The position numbers were made by a program, and so were the translations under genes. A stretch of DNA of 61,500 nt from a virus (Duplodnaviria; Caudoviricetes): the IMG/VR virus record IMGVR_UViG_3300017740_002729, positions 1 to 61,500 of that record; one strand, 5' to 3'. Shown in pieces: positions 28,701-37,381 of the stretch; positions within the stretch are counted from its first letter, which is position 1, and every line of letters begins with the position of its first letter. The notes under the pieces were generated by a model. That model was not told the DNA's origin and did no database searches. It saw only the letters and a list, made by a program, of their open reading frames with translations.

Positions 28701-31699
28701 GAATTGATACAGATAAGTTAGAAATAGAGTACATATCATCTTCATATGATTATGTAGAAACTGATAAAGGATGGGATGCAGATGGTACTATAACAGAAAA
28801 CTATGCATTTGATAACTTCTCACACTTTGGTTCATCTGAAGAAAGAAGTAGAAACTTTCATTATAAAGTTTCATTGTTAGAAATATATAGTTCATCATTA
28901 GATAACTTAAACAATGCAGTTGGTTCTGCAACATCTTCATTAAGTGTACTTAGAGAAAAAGAATCTATAGTAAAGAAACAGAATGATGTTTTAGTGAATT
29001 TTGATGGGTTTGAAAAATTCTTATATGAATCAACTTCATCATTAGCTTATCCAAAAAAGGCCGATGGGGTTACACTACAATCAACTGGAAGTGGTGATTC
29101 CATAGCTTGGCTTAATTCTCTTATTGTAGCTTCTTCTGATTACGATTCACTAAATGAAAATTATTTAGTAAATAATATTCCTGAATTTATAGCAGTAGAT
29201 TCTGAAAATGATGATTATAAATTATTCTTACAAATGATTGGTCATCACTTTGATATTATATGGAGTTATATTAAAGGATTAGAAAGATTAAAGACTGTTG
29301 AAGAAAAACATAGAATGGGTGTAACTGATGATATGTTAAAACACATTCTTAAAAATTATAGTTGGATACCAGCTTCTTCTAAAAACTCATCTCAATTATG
29401 GGAGTACGCATTAGGATATAGAGATTCTAATCAAACTTCTAAATTAGTTAAAACAGGTAAAGAATACGAAAGTACCATTTGGAGAAGAATACTTAATAAT
29501 CTACCTTACTTATTAAAACACAAAGGTACTCGTAGAGGTATAAGTGCATTATTAACAACATATGGTATTCCATCATCACTTCTTACAATTATGGAGTTTG
29601 GTGGACCAAGAAATACAGAATCTCAAAGTTCTACATTTACATTTGATGATAGAACCGCAGCTGCAGTATTCCAAGCTGATTATGATTCTAAGGTGAATGT
29701 AGATTGGAATGTAACAAATGAAGTATCTTCCTCACATGCACTTGAATTTAGAGTAAAAACTAATGAAAGAAATAATCAAACTATTATTAGTAATGAACCA
29801 CATTGGAATATAGGATTAGAACATAAAGTTAGTACATTAGGTAGATTATTTTATTCATCATCCGAAGGATATGTTTACTCACATTCGGGTTCTTTATTTA
29901 ATAATGAATACACACAAATTGCAGTAAATGTAAATTACCATACAGCTTCACAAGGACCAGCATCGGCATCTATTGATTTATTTGCAGCTCAAGATTTCCA
30001 AGGAAGAATAAGAATGGAAGTTACTGGTAGTACTACAGGTTCATTTAATAATGTAGATACTTTCTTTAGTGGTTCTCAAATTTCATTAGGAGATGGATTT
30101 ACGGGTTCAATGGATGAATTTAGAATATGGAGCTCAGCTCTATCATCATCTATTCTGAGAGACCATACGTTTATGCCTGATAAAACAAATGGTAATCACA
30201 TATCATCATCTACTCAAGATTTAGAATTTAGATTAGATTTTGAAAAACCTGAAAACCTAAATGTATCTACATCTATAACAAATATAGCAGTTAAGAAAGA
30301 TTATGATGTTGCATACGCTACAGCATCTAATTTCCAAAATAGACCAAACTATCCATATAACTTTGAAATATATGAAAGACAAGTAACGGCTAAAGTACCA
30401 TCAGTAGGATTCGCACCAGCTGATAAATTTAGATTTGAAACTCAAACATTGGATATGGACTTGAGTTACCGACAAAGAAGTACAAAAAAATCATTTGATA
30501 AAGCTCCAATAGATTCTAATAAATTAGGTATATTTTTATCACCAACAAAAGAACTAAATATGGATATTATCAAATCACTACCTGATTTTGTGATTGATGA
30601 TTACATTGGAGACCCTAAAGATTTATATAAAGACCATTATCCAGATTTAAATACATTAAGAAATTATGTATTTGGTAGATATGATTTAAACATATACGAA
30701 TATATTAATTTAATAAAATATATAGATAAATCTATGTTTGAAACTTTACATCAGTTAATACCTGCTAGGGTAAAATTAATTGATGGGTTGTTAATAGAAC
30801 CACATTTCTTAGAAAGAAATAAAGTAAAAAACATAGAACCACAAGCATCTGTACATCATCATTCATCATCGATTGTTGATATACCACCCGAAGTTTCAAC
30901 TGAGTTTATACCAAAGGAAGCTTTATTGCATGTTTCGGAATCTGTTGTACCTGTTGTATCTATTGAAGGATTGGATGGTACGATTACCGATACAACATTG
31001 GAAGAGCTAACAGTTGAGATTCAAGATATTAATGGTAATATTAGTTTTGATGATACAAATGAATTAGCGGCTGTAATAACAAGAAACTCTGGTTCTGATA
31101 TGGGTGGATTCTCAATAGTAGTGGATGCTCAACAAACAGGTTCTATATCAACTGAATTGGATTCGTTTACAGAAGATAATATAATTGGATTATCTAACGA
31201 TTCACTATCAGTAGCTGGATTTGGTATAGGTCCTGGTAAGAATGGATTTGCACATAGAACATTTAGAGATGTAGATAATAATTTTGTAAAAGAAAAAATT
31301 AAAGTATATTTAGTTAAGAAAAGTAGAGAATACAAAGAAAAAGTTAATGTTGATTCTAATGATTCAAGTTTAGGTACAAAATTAGCAATTAAAACAAAAG
31401 AATTTTCTATAGTAACAATACAATCACCAAGTGGTTCAGCACCCCAAGTTGGAGATGTTGACCCAGATGGAACAGTTATACAGGTTACTCTATATGATGG
31501 TTACTTCCCAACTCACTACAGAAATACATCTGATAAAACAAGTGGTATGGAAAATTCGTACTATAATGGGAGTAAGCAAACAATAGCAACTACATTGGAT
31601 GGAACACCTCCAATTGAAACATTTACTACGAATCCGAACACATTAAAAGTATCAGATAGTGGTAGAGGAAGTGGAGAACCGATATTAGAAGTTGAATAA
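25763..31699 (+). CDS. Very large baseplate protein (Pro/Arg-rich N-terminus, PEGA-like, gp7/tail-I-like and LamG-like regions)
   Basis: TVGSTPGGANIYMDG (PEGA-like); LPYLLKHKGTRRGI (gp7/P2 gpI-type motif); FTGSMDEFRIWS (LamG-like). Confidence 0.7.
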   Translation: MRFGGSNRFRNRNKRANQLTGRRSRGGGQTLNLSAGASAQLLRLKQIAPKPAPMKIVRVPSNARPSSITATRVVIPPAPPILPPPRVNPPPRKSKPAAEPDYNPPVVRTAVQITGNTIQRNLQPKAVYETPKPFNTRFIPPPGGNLSNSALARLRSQTPVKPPVNRPTRPIAIGSPMVRGISTDRGFTDGVAASTVGGTLNEGLQPMAVLMDQYDARANEIRNNPFATQNTGQLEQEVINQIGVRPRGPVRIPPPPRVDVKPPIRTYPKPIPNPPLPKPDIPNKDFTLTVGSTPGGANIYMDGKKVGSAFTVITLPYKSILGVTKKITAQLTGYTNRLGRDAVYYTITGVTKTVQIKENYDTYEFDDVIEPDELVDIRRGPRGNFGIEDRGFGGFGGQGSPEGGFYGTNLNRRERDRFDRDKSPFGGRVTKKRRKVTKTRIKSVDKYEIVVKKYLKGKEVSGGLPSNQLRHLIFDFKKVIIDIKDDDIKDDYPKKTDDPPPPPVNPELLIVSKGGRMNTFNVNVKGENITNSAGNYSSKKPFTVTITQVAGYDIKGFGILKGQIDDQPDEPAMEQLDLNELTIDVGGKMTIYVDWQNEVKILKPSVTLNNNSFTINIGELTNGLGGIIIGYASQNASTIKLQLRKIARTNTNQAGTFSLNPNVFSEGVGQYVGYVIPNNPGYGDGEKKRFTVNVISKTFLPGPDIVNITYPSLVKGADFRGLNVDFTIGYESVNTNYVNISVGAPDIFYGKFGKAQAVDFNIARILKLAGDKIKDEDEDNIKFSIFLCPYNTATDKVVKGKVEELSITFDKGNLTLSRGDVVERLCSAFQFDFTTFDDETSKYLTHLAHFGDGNNKLITTWETDDVTFVDFKADPITGKATDKRRGGFDSLVLKLYEPLEKSIQPNSTLFLSKIITPSVIEEISIIDDAEEYCVPLKGPNFGVNLCGTPSDMGYTLIDELVDSGSQSSAKLINTFVSKSGIDTDKLEIEYISSSYDYVETDKGWDADGTITENYAFDNFSHFGSSEERSRNFHYKVSLLEIYSSSLDNLNNAVGSATSSLSVLREKESIVKKQNDVLVNFDGFEKFLYESTSSLAYPKKADGVTLQSTGSGDSIAWLNSLIVASSDYDSLNENYLVNNIPEFIAVDSENDDYKLFLQMIGHHFDIIWSYIKGLERLKTVEEKHRMGVTDDMLKHILKNYSWIPASSKNSSQLWEYALGYRDSNQTSKLVKTGKEYESTIWRRILNNLPYLLKHKGTRRGISALLTTYGIPSSLLTIMEFGGPRNTESQSSTFTFDDRTAAAVFQADYDSKVNVDWNVTNEVSSSHALEFRVKTNERNNQTIISNEPHWNIGLEHKVSTLGRLFYSSSEGYVYSHSGSLFNNEYTQIAVNVNYHTASQGPASASIDLFAAQDFQGRIRMEVTGSTTGSFNNVDTFFSGSQISLGDGFTGSMDEFRIWSSALSSSILRDHTFMPDKTNGNHISSSTQDLEFRLDFEKPENLNVSTSITNIAVKKDYDVAYATASNFQNRPNYPYNFEIYERQVTAKVPSVGFAPADKFRFETQTLDMDLSYRQRSTKKSFDKAPIDSNKLGIFLSPTKELNMDIIKSLPDFVIDDYIGDPKDLYKDHYPDLNTLRNYVFGRYDLNIYEYINLIKYIDKSMFETLHQLIPARVKLIDGLLIEPHFLERNKVKNIEPQASVHHHSSSIVDIPPEVSTEFIPKEALLHVSESVVPVVSIEGLDGTITDTTLEELTVEIQDINGNISFDDTNELAAVITRNSGSDMGGFSIVVDAQQTGSISTELDSFTEDNIIGLSNDSLSVAGFGIGPGKNGFAHRTFRDVDNNFVKEKIKVYLVKKSREYKEKVNVDSNDSSLGTKLAIKTKEFSIVTIQSPSGSAPQVGDVDPDGTVIQVTLYDGYFPTHYRNTSDKTSGMENSYYNGSKQTIATTLDGTPPIETFTTNPNTLKVSDSGRGSGEPILEVE

Positions 31700-31723
31700 T
31701 TAATCGAAAATTAAATTTAGTTA

Positions 31724-31731
31724 TATTTATA
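31724..31731 (+). promoter_or_regulatory. Putative late promoter TATTTATA
   Basis: Recurrent intergenic motif. Confidence 0.7.
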
Positions 31732-31771
31732 TACTGAAAGTGATACACTTTTTAAAACGGAATAAAACATT

Positions 31772-32401
31772 ATGGCATATTTAGACAACACAGAAATTAC
31801 AGTCGATGCGATTCTTACCAAGAAAGGTAGAGAAAAGCTCGCAACAGGTGAGGGTTTAAACATTACGAGATTTGCTTTAGGAGATGATGAAATAGATTAT
31901 GGTTTATATGAACCAGCTCATCCAAAGGGTTCTGCATATTATGATGCAGCAATTAAAGCAATCCCGATTTTGGAAGCATCTCCCGATGAAACACAAGTAT
32001 TAAGATATAAATTGGTAACTTTACCAAAAGGTACTACTAAGATTCCAAAAGTAGAATTTGGTATCCCATCTATCTCTGTAAATCAGAATAGTGGTGAAGT
32101 AGCACTAGCACCTACAACATCTCCCGCTGGAAATGGAACAGCAGGATATACAGTTGTATTAGCAAATAAAAACGCTGGTACAATCGTTGGTAGTGGATTG
32201 GCAGTCTCGGCTGGTTCAGTACCTGTATTTTTAGGTGATGAAGTTACTACAACAGCAGCAGTTGAAAGTGGATTAAAATTTGAATTTATTCCTAATCCAA
32301 ATATAACTGAATCAATTAAAACAACAATAACAGTATATGGAAACGAAACGGGTGGTTCACAAACTATCCCAGTTAAAGTTGGATATATACCTAATAGTTA
32401 A
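31772..32401 (+). CDS. Baseplate/tail-fibre attachment protein
   Basis: AILTKKGREKLA...ITRFALGDD resembles the N-terminus of tail-collar fibre (DUF3751-like) proteins. Confidence 0.6.
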   Translation: MAYLDNTEITVDAILTKKGREKLATGEGLNITRFALGDDEIDYGLYEPAHPKGSAYYDAAIKAIPILEASPDETQVLRYKLVTLPKGTTKIPKVEFGIPSISVNQNSGEVALAPTTSPAGNGTAGYTVVLANKNAGTIVGSGLAVSAGSVPVFLGDEVTTTAAVESGLKFEFIPNPNITESIKTTITVYGNETGGSQTIPVKVGYIPNS

Positions 32402-32417
32402 TAGAGGATAAAATAAA

Positions 32418-33650
32418 ATGGCAGAAATAACAGGACAACAAGGAGCATCGTTAACTAATGAGTTAGCACAATACCTTCAAAATGCAGATGGATTAGTATC
32501 CTCTGAGGAAATTGCAGGAATTGTTAATGAATACCTCTCCGGCGGAGACCAACTTGAAGCAAGTGGTATCAGCGCAGCAACAGGTATTTATAAAAGATTT
32601 AATCAATTTGATTTAATTACTGGTAAAGTTGAAGTAGTAACAACGGGATTATGGTCAGGTGATACAGGTTCACTTACATCATTCTATACTTCATCTCAAT
32701 CGGCATCTTCATCAGGTGATTATTATTATAATGTATTTAACGATACAGCAGGAGCAAACCTTCAGTTTGCAGTAGCATATGGTCATATTAGTGGTAGTGG
32801 TTCTGTCTCCCTTGCAACTAATGATAATGCTAAGAATCCTACTAAAGCAACTTATTCTCAATATCGTTCTGTACTATTAGACCAAGGAGATTCACACTTT
32901 ACATTCGCATCTTCATCTGGATTGGGACACAATACAGAAGATTTCTTTGTAATTAACATAGCAAGAGCTAGATATAAAGAACAAATGGATGCTGGTAACT
33001 GGTCACTTAAATTAAGTGGTTCAAGAGGTACACATACGTTTATTGATGATAGTGGTAAGAAATTCTCAGATACAGTTGGTAAATCAGGAAGAATATTTAA
33101 TGTAGTAAGTGGTTCATTGAACTTAGGTTCAGCAAATGAAGCAGCTATAGAAAGAACATATACTTCGGGCGCAATGGAAGGACAAGGATTTGGATTATTC
33201 TATCCTGACCAAGGAATGATTATTCTTAACCCTGGCGCTTTAGAATCTACAATAGGAACTTCGTTAGATACAGGTTCAGCTGGTGGATTCTCAATGACAG
33301 GTTCAAAGGCAGTTGGTATAGATGCTGATAAGAAAGCACACCATTGGTTGTATGAAGCAATGGTTAAAGGAGCTGATTTCGAAGCAAGAAGAACAGAAAA
33401 CGTTTCTACTTCACATTACTTCGTAAGAGCAACAAACAGAGAATACAACTTCTCTAACAACCCAACATTCGTAAGTGGTTCTGATAACGCATTTGCAGTA
33501 TCTTCATTTAGAAGAGACCCAAAAACGTTTATTACTACAATCGGACTTTACAATAACGCAAGTGAACTATTAGCAGTAGCTAAAACATCACAACCTGTTG
33601 CAAAATCTTTTGATAAAGAAGTATTGGTAAAAGTTAAGTTAGACTTTTAA
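32418..33650 (+). CDS. Virion structural protein
   Basis: C-terminal EYNFSNNPT...ITTIGLYNNASELLAVAK, shared with the next gene; rich in SGS/TGS. Confidence 0.7.
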   Translation: MAEITGQQGASLTNELAQYLQNADGLVSSEEIAGIVNEYLSGGDQLEASGISAATGIYKRFNQFDLITGKVEVVTTGLWSGDTGSLTSFYTSSQSASSSGDYYYNVFNDTAGANLQFAVAYGHISGSGSVSLATNDNAKNPTKATYSQYRSVLLDQGDSHFTFASSSGLGHNTEDFFVINIARARYKEQMDAGNWSLKLSGSRGTHTFIDDSGKKFSDTVGKSGRIFNVVSGSLNLGSANEAAIERTYTSGAMEGQGFGLFYPDQGMIILNPGALESTIGTSLDTGSAGGFSMTGSKAVGIDADKKAHHWLYEAMVKGADFEARRTENVSTSHYFVRATNREYNFSNNPTFVSGSDNAFAVSSFRRDPKTFITTIGLYNNASELLAVAKTSQPVAKSFDKEVLVKVKLDF

Positions 33651-33675
33651 TAACAGGCACACATTTTAAAAACAG

Positions 33676-33707
33676 AAAACCTCATCAAAAGTGAGGTTTT
33701 TCTTTTT
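33676..33707 (+). terminator. Rho-independent terminator
   Basis: AAAACCTCA/TGAGGTTTT stem followed by a T-rich tail. Confidence 0.85.
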
Positions 33708-33711
33708 GTGA

Positions 33712-33719
33712 TATTTATA
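33712..33719 (+). promoter_or_regulatory. Putative late promoter TATTTATA
   Basis: Recurrent motif just after the terminator. Confidence 0.7.
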
Positions 33720-33740
33720 TAGAGTAAAGAGGATATATCT

Positions 33741-34970
33741 ATGTTTAAAGAAATACCGCAACCAAATGCGAATATAAGACCATTTAAGACTCATAAGTCA
33801 TATGTTATAAGTGAAGCCGATTATGCTCCATTTACAATTGTGAGTTCTTCTGATTTAACAAAGGGTGGGTATGATGATGAATTTACTTTTAAACCAGAAA
33901 CGGATGCAAAAACACAAGGATTATATCAAAGAATATTACATAAATCTTTAGAAGCTAATTATTATCATCCTGATAATAAGATGAGTCCATTAACTGGAGC
34001 TGGTAAATTTGCTAAATATGCATATGGTAATCAAAGAGAATTATCAAACGAATTCGAAATCTTATTAATATCTCAATCAGAATTTGGTGAAGAAATAAAA
34101 CCAGGTTCTATTGAACTATTTACGAATGAAAGAAAAGTTGACCCTGGTAAAACTTATAAAATAGTAGATGATGGGTATGGTAATTTAATAGAATCAAATA
34201 GAGCAGCTAAACTATTATTATTAGATGAGGAAAATGGAATTGTTAACTTTGCTGATTTTGATGGGAATGAATATTATGGTACAACTGATTTAGTTGATTT
34301 TGAAAGTGGTTCTATAAACATAAATACGATAGTACCAGGACCTGGTTCAGACCCAAGAGTAACAGCAAAAGCACCAGTTGAAATATTAACCGCAGATTTT
34401 CAATGTGGTATTATGAGATTTGAAGGCGAAGACCCATTTGAATTAATTTCTAATTGGGCTAATTTTGTAGTAGGTAATGTATTTTATGCAGATGGTTTAA
34501 TTGTGATGACTGATTCTAAATGTACATCCTTACAAGAAGGATACACAATGAAATATAAAGCTACCCATACAATATACGAACATGAATATTTTATAGAAGT
34601 TGGTGATTGTGAATTTAATTATTCTCAAAACCCCACTGCAATAGAAATAGATTTATCAGGTTCATATGATTGGGAAACTACTCCACTACAAAGAGGATTA
34701 CCAACAGGTTCAACAAATATAAAGGTAATAAATCATATAGCAAGAACTCCATTTTATTCTGGTTCAGTAAGCCAAAGTATATCAGGTTCTTGGGATGATT
34801 ATTGGGATTCAGGTTCAACAGATTTGACTGGCTCTTATTTAGTACCTATGATTACAACAATCGGTTTATATAATAATGAAAATGAAATGCTAGCAGTAGC
34901 AAAGTTACCTAAACCAATACAAAACTTACCTGATTATCCAGTTAACTTCATAGTTAGATTCGATATTTAG
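33741..34970 (+). CDS. Virion structural protein, paralogous to 32418..33650
   Basis: EFNYSQNPT...ITTIGLYNNENEMLAVAKLPKP...VRFD; DDGYGNL, GNVFYADG. Confidence 0.7.
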   Translation: MFKEIPQPNANIRPFKTHKSYVISEADYAPFTIVSSSDLTKGGYDDEFTFKPETDAKTQGLYQRILHKSLEANYYHPDNKMSPLTGAGKFAKYAYGNQRELSNEFEILLISQSEFGEEIKPGSIELFTNERKVDPGKTYKIVDDGYGNLIESNRAAKLLLLDEENGIVNFADFDGNEYYGTTDLVDFESGSININTIVPGPGSDPRVTAKAPVEILTADFQCGIMRFEGEDPFELISNWANFVVGNVFYADGLIVMTDSKCTSLQEGYTMKYKATHTIYEHEYFIEVGDCEFNYSQNPTAIEIDLSGSYDWETTPLQRGLPTGSTNIKVINHIARTPFYSGSVSQSISGSWDDYWDSGSTDLTGSYLVPMITTIGLYNNENEMLAVAKLPKPIQNLPDYPVNFIVRFDI

Positions 34971-34991
34971 TATGTTTAATAAAAAATCTTA

Positions 34992-34999
34992 TATTTATA
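34992..34999 (+). promoter_or_regulatory. Putative late promoter TATTTATA
   Basis: Recurrent intergenic motif. Confidence 0.7.
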
Positions 35000-35023
35000 T
35001 ATAAGTAAAAGAGGAATAATATT

Positions 35024-35206
35024 ATGGCATCAATAGAAGATTTATACAAAGGCTCAGAATTCGCAAAAATTAAGAGTAGCTCTGATAAAGACAAAACTCC
35101 AGTATCACTTGATGGTGGAAAAGATTTAATGAAACCCGCTAACTTAGAAAAAGCTAGAGGAGCAAAGTTAAACTTAAAAAAGTACTCGGATACAGTTCAA
35201 CGATAA
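35024..35206 (+). CDS. Small basic hypothetical protein
   Basis: 60 aa, AGAGGA at 35010-35015. Confidence 0.7.
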   Translation: MASIEDLYKGSEFAKIKSSSDKDKTPVSLDGGKDLMKPANLEKARGAKLNLKKYSDTVQR

Positions 35207-35219
35207 AACATTTTTGCTT

Positions 35220-35624
35220 ATGCCCACATGGACATACGGCGGTAAGTACATTACCGAAATTTCCGATATGCCTGAAGGAACAGTAGGATTCGTATATAAA
35301 ATACGAAACACATCAACAGGCGCTTTTTACATCGGAAAAAAGCAACTTTACTCACATAGAACATTACCACCGCTAAAAGGTATGAAACGTAAGCGTAAGG
35401 TAATTAAAGAGATGAAGTGGCAAGGATACCAATCATCCCAATCTCAAGTAAACGAATGGCAAACCGATAATATCGAAAAAATCATACTCAGATATTGTAA
35501 ATCAAAAAAAGCATTAACGTATTACGAAGTGGAAGAACAGATAAAACATAACGTTTTAGGGGAAGAACACTCGTTAAATGATAATATTTTAGGAAAATTC
35601 TTTAGAAAAGACTTGGAATTGTAA
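35220..35624 (+). CDS. GIY-YIG-like nuclease-domain protein
   Basis: GFVYKIRN...FYIGKK, YYEVEEQ, LNDNI. Confidence 0.7.
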   Translation: MPTWTYGGKYITEISDMPEGTVGFVYKIRNTSTGAFYIGKKQLYSHRTLPPLKGMKRKRKVIKEMKWQGYQSSQSQVNEWQTDNIEKIILRYCKSKKALTYYEVEEQIKHNVLGEEHSLNDNILGKFFRKDLEL

Positions 35625-35643
35625 AATATTTTTCGTATATTTA
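35612..35643 (+). promoter_or_regulatory. Bacteroidetes-type early promoter
   Basis: CTTG-N20-TATATTTA upstream of primase. Confidence 0.75.
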
Positions 35644-35663
35644 CATAGTAAATTGTATATCTT

Positions 35664-36605
35664 ATGCTCACGCAAAGAAATAAACAACAGGTTATAAACA
35701 TATTAGATGATACTTTGGGTGTAGGAACATCTTTAAGAGGTAATGAACAAGCACATCATTGTCCATTCTGTCATCATCATAAAAAGAAGTTACAAGTCAA
35801 CTTAGAAACTCAACAATGGCATTGTTGGGTATGTGATTCTAAAGGTAAAAAAATACAATCTTTACTTAAAAGATTGCATGTTGATAGTAAGAAGCTTAAA
35901 AGAATATATGAAATATATGGAGATGATTACATTGTAACATCTTCTACTACCAATGAAGATAAGGTAGAACTTAGGTTACCCAATGAGTTTCAATCACTAC
36001 TAAATGTACCAAAGGGATTAAACCCGTTGTACAGAAAGGTAATGGGATATGTCAAGCAAAGGGGTATCACCAACGAAGATATCATTAGGTATAATATCGG
36101 GTATTGTGATTCTGGTCATTATGCCAATCGTATTATTATTCCATCTTATGATTTGGATAATAGACTCAATTACTTCATCGCACGTTCTGTATATGATGAG
36201 GAAAAGTTTAAGTATAAGAATCCGCCGGTTTCGAAAAATGTTACAATCTTCGAAAATCAAATAAACTGGAATGAACCAATAACCTTAGTAGAAGGTGTAT
36301 TTGATGCTATGGCGGTGAAAAGAAACGCTATTCCCTTATTAGGTAAATTTGTACCCAAAACACTTATGGAAAACATTTTTAGAAATGGTGTTAAGGAAAT
36401 AAAAATATTATTAGATAACGATGCACAAGAACAAGCACTTCGTTATGTTAGCTTTTTTAACAAACAAAATATTATAACAAAAAATATAAAACCCACAGAT
36501 AAAGATGCATCTGATATGGGATTTAAAGAAGTGAATAAAACTCTGAAGGATTCTAAAAAAACAGATTTTACAGATATCATATCACAAAAATTAATGGGAA
36601 TATGA
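35664..36605 (+). CDS. DNA primase (Zn-finger plus TOPRIM)
   Basis: CPFC...HCWVC, RIIIP, KYKNP, VEGVFD, LDND, DASD. Confidence 0.92.
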   Translation: MLTQRNKQQVINILDDTLGVGTSLRGNEQAHHCPFCHHHKKKLQVNLETQQWHCWVCDSKGKKIQSLLKRLHVDSKKLKRIYEIYGDDYIVTSSTTNEDKVELRLPNEFQSLLNVPKGLNPLYRKVMGYVKQRGITNEDIIRYNIGYCDSGHYANRIIIPSYDLDNRLNYFIARSVYDEEKFKYKNPPVSKNVTIFENQINWNEPITLVEGVFDAMAVKRNAIPLLGKFVPKTLMENIFRNGVKEIKILLDNDAQEQALRYVSFFNKQNIITKNIKPTDKDASDMGFKEVNKTLKDSKKTDFTDIISQKLMGI

Positions 36606-37381
36606 AATTTGACAAAATAGTTTCCTTTGGAGATAGCTGGACTGTTGGTGAAGGTTTTGATTATAAGTTAGAACAAACATTAGAATATGCTGATGGTGAA
36701 AGAGATTTCTTTGGTGGTAATAAAGAGTTGTATGATTTAAGAGTACAACATTCTTATACTAAACACTTAGCAGATTCATACAATATACCATTTGAAGTAT
36801 ATGGAACATCAGGTGGTTCTAACGAAACTATAATGAATAACTTCTTTAGGTTTAGAAAATCTATAGATGATAAAACATTAGTAGTATTTATGTGGTCATC
36901 TAAACTTAGAGATAGAATACTATACTTACCAAAATTATATGCAGAAGATAATCGGTGGTTAGTTTGGAGTAAAGATTTACTGAAAAGTGAAGCGAATAGA
37001 TTTTGGAAAGATGTGGATAATGAGTGGGATAAAGAATTTAGAAAATATTTTTATACAAATTTATTTGATGAATCATTATTAGATACATACACAGCTATGT
37101 ATAAAATATCATTACAGCATTTTTGTAAGTACTATAATATACCATATATAATGTGTAACGCTTTTGAAAAATCCGAACCAAATAAAAACGTAAATAAGGA
37201 ATTTTATTACAAATATGATTCAAGTATATATGATGATTTAAAAAATATAGATGGTGATATTTGGGAAGATAAAGAAAGGTTTACCAAAGAACAATATTTA
37301 AATGGATTACATCCAAACAATGAAGGGTATAAAATAATAGCAAATATTTTAAAAAAGTTTATTGATGATAAGTTTATTTAA
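36602..37381 (+). CDS. SGNH/GDSL hydrolase-like protein
   Basis: FGDSWTVG, GGSN, LHPNNEGY. Confidence 0.75.
   Translation: MKFDKIVSFGDSWTVGEGFDYKLEQTLEYADGERDFFGGNKELYDLRVQHSYTKHLADSYNIPFEVYGTSGGSNETIMNNFFRFRKSIDDKTLVVFMWSSKLRDRILYLPKLYAEDNRWLVWSKDLLKSEANRFWKDVDNEWDKEFRKYFYTNLFDESLLDTYTAMYKISLQHFCKYYNIPYIMCNAFEKSEPNKNVNKEFYYKYDSSIYDDLKNIDGDIWEDKERFTKEQYLNGLHPNNEGYKIIANILKKFIDDKFI

Noticed and set aside
35220-35624. GIY-YIG gene as a mobile homing endonuclease
   Set aside because: Only the catalytic-size domain is present, with no DNA-binding extension, intron or interrupted host gene; kept as an ordinary CDS
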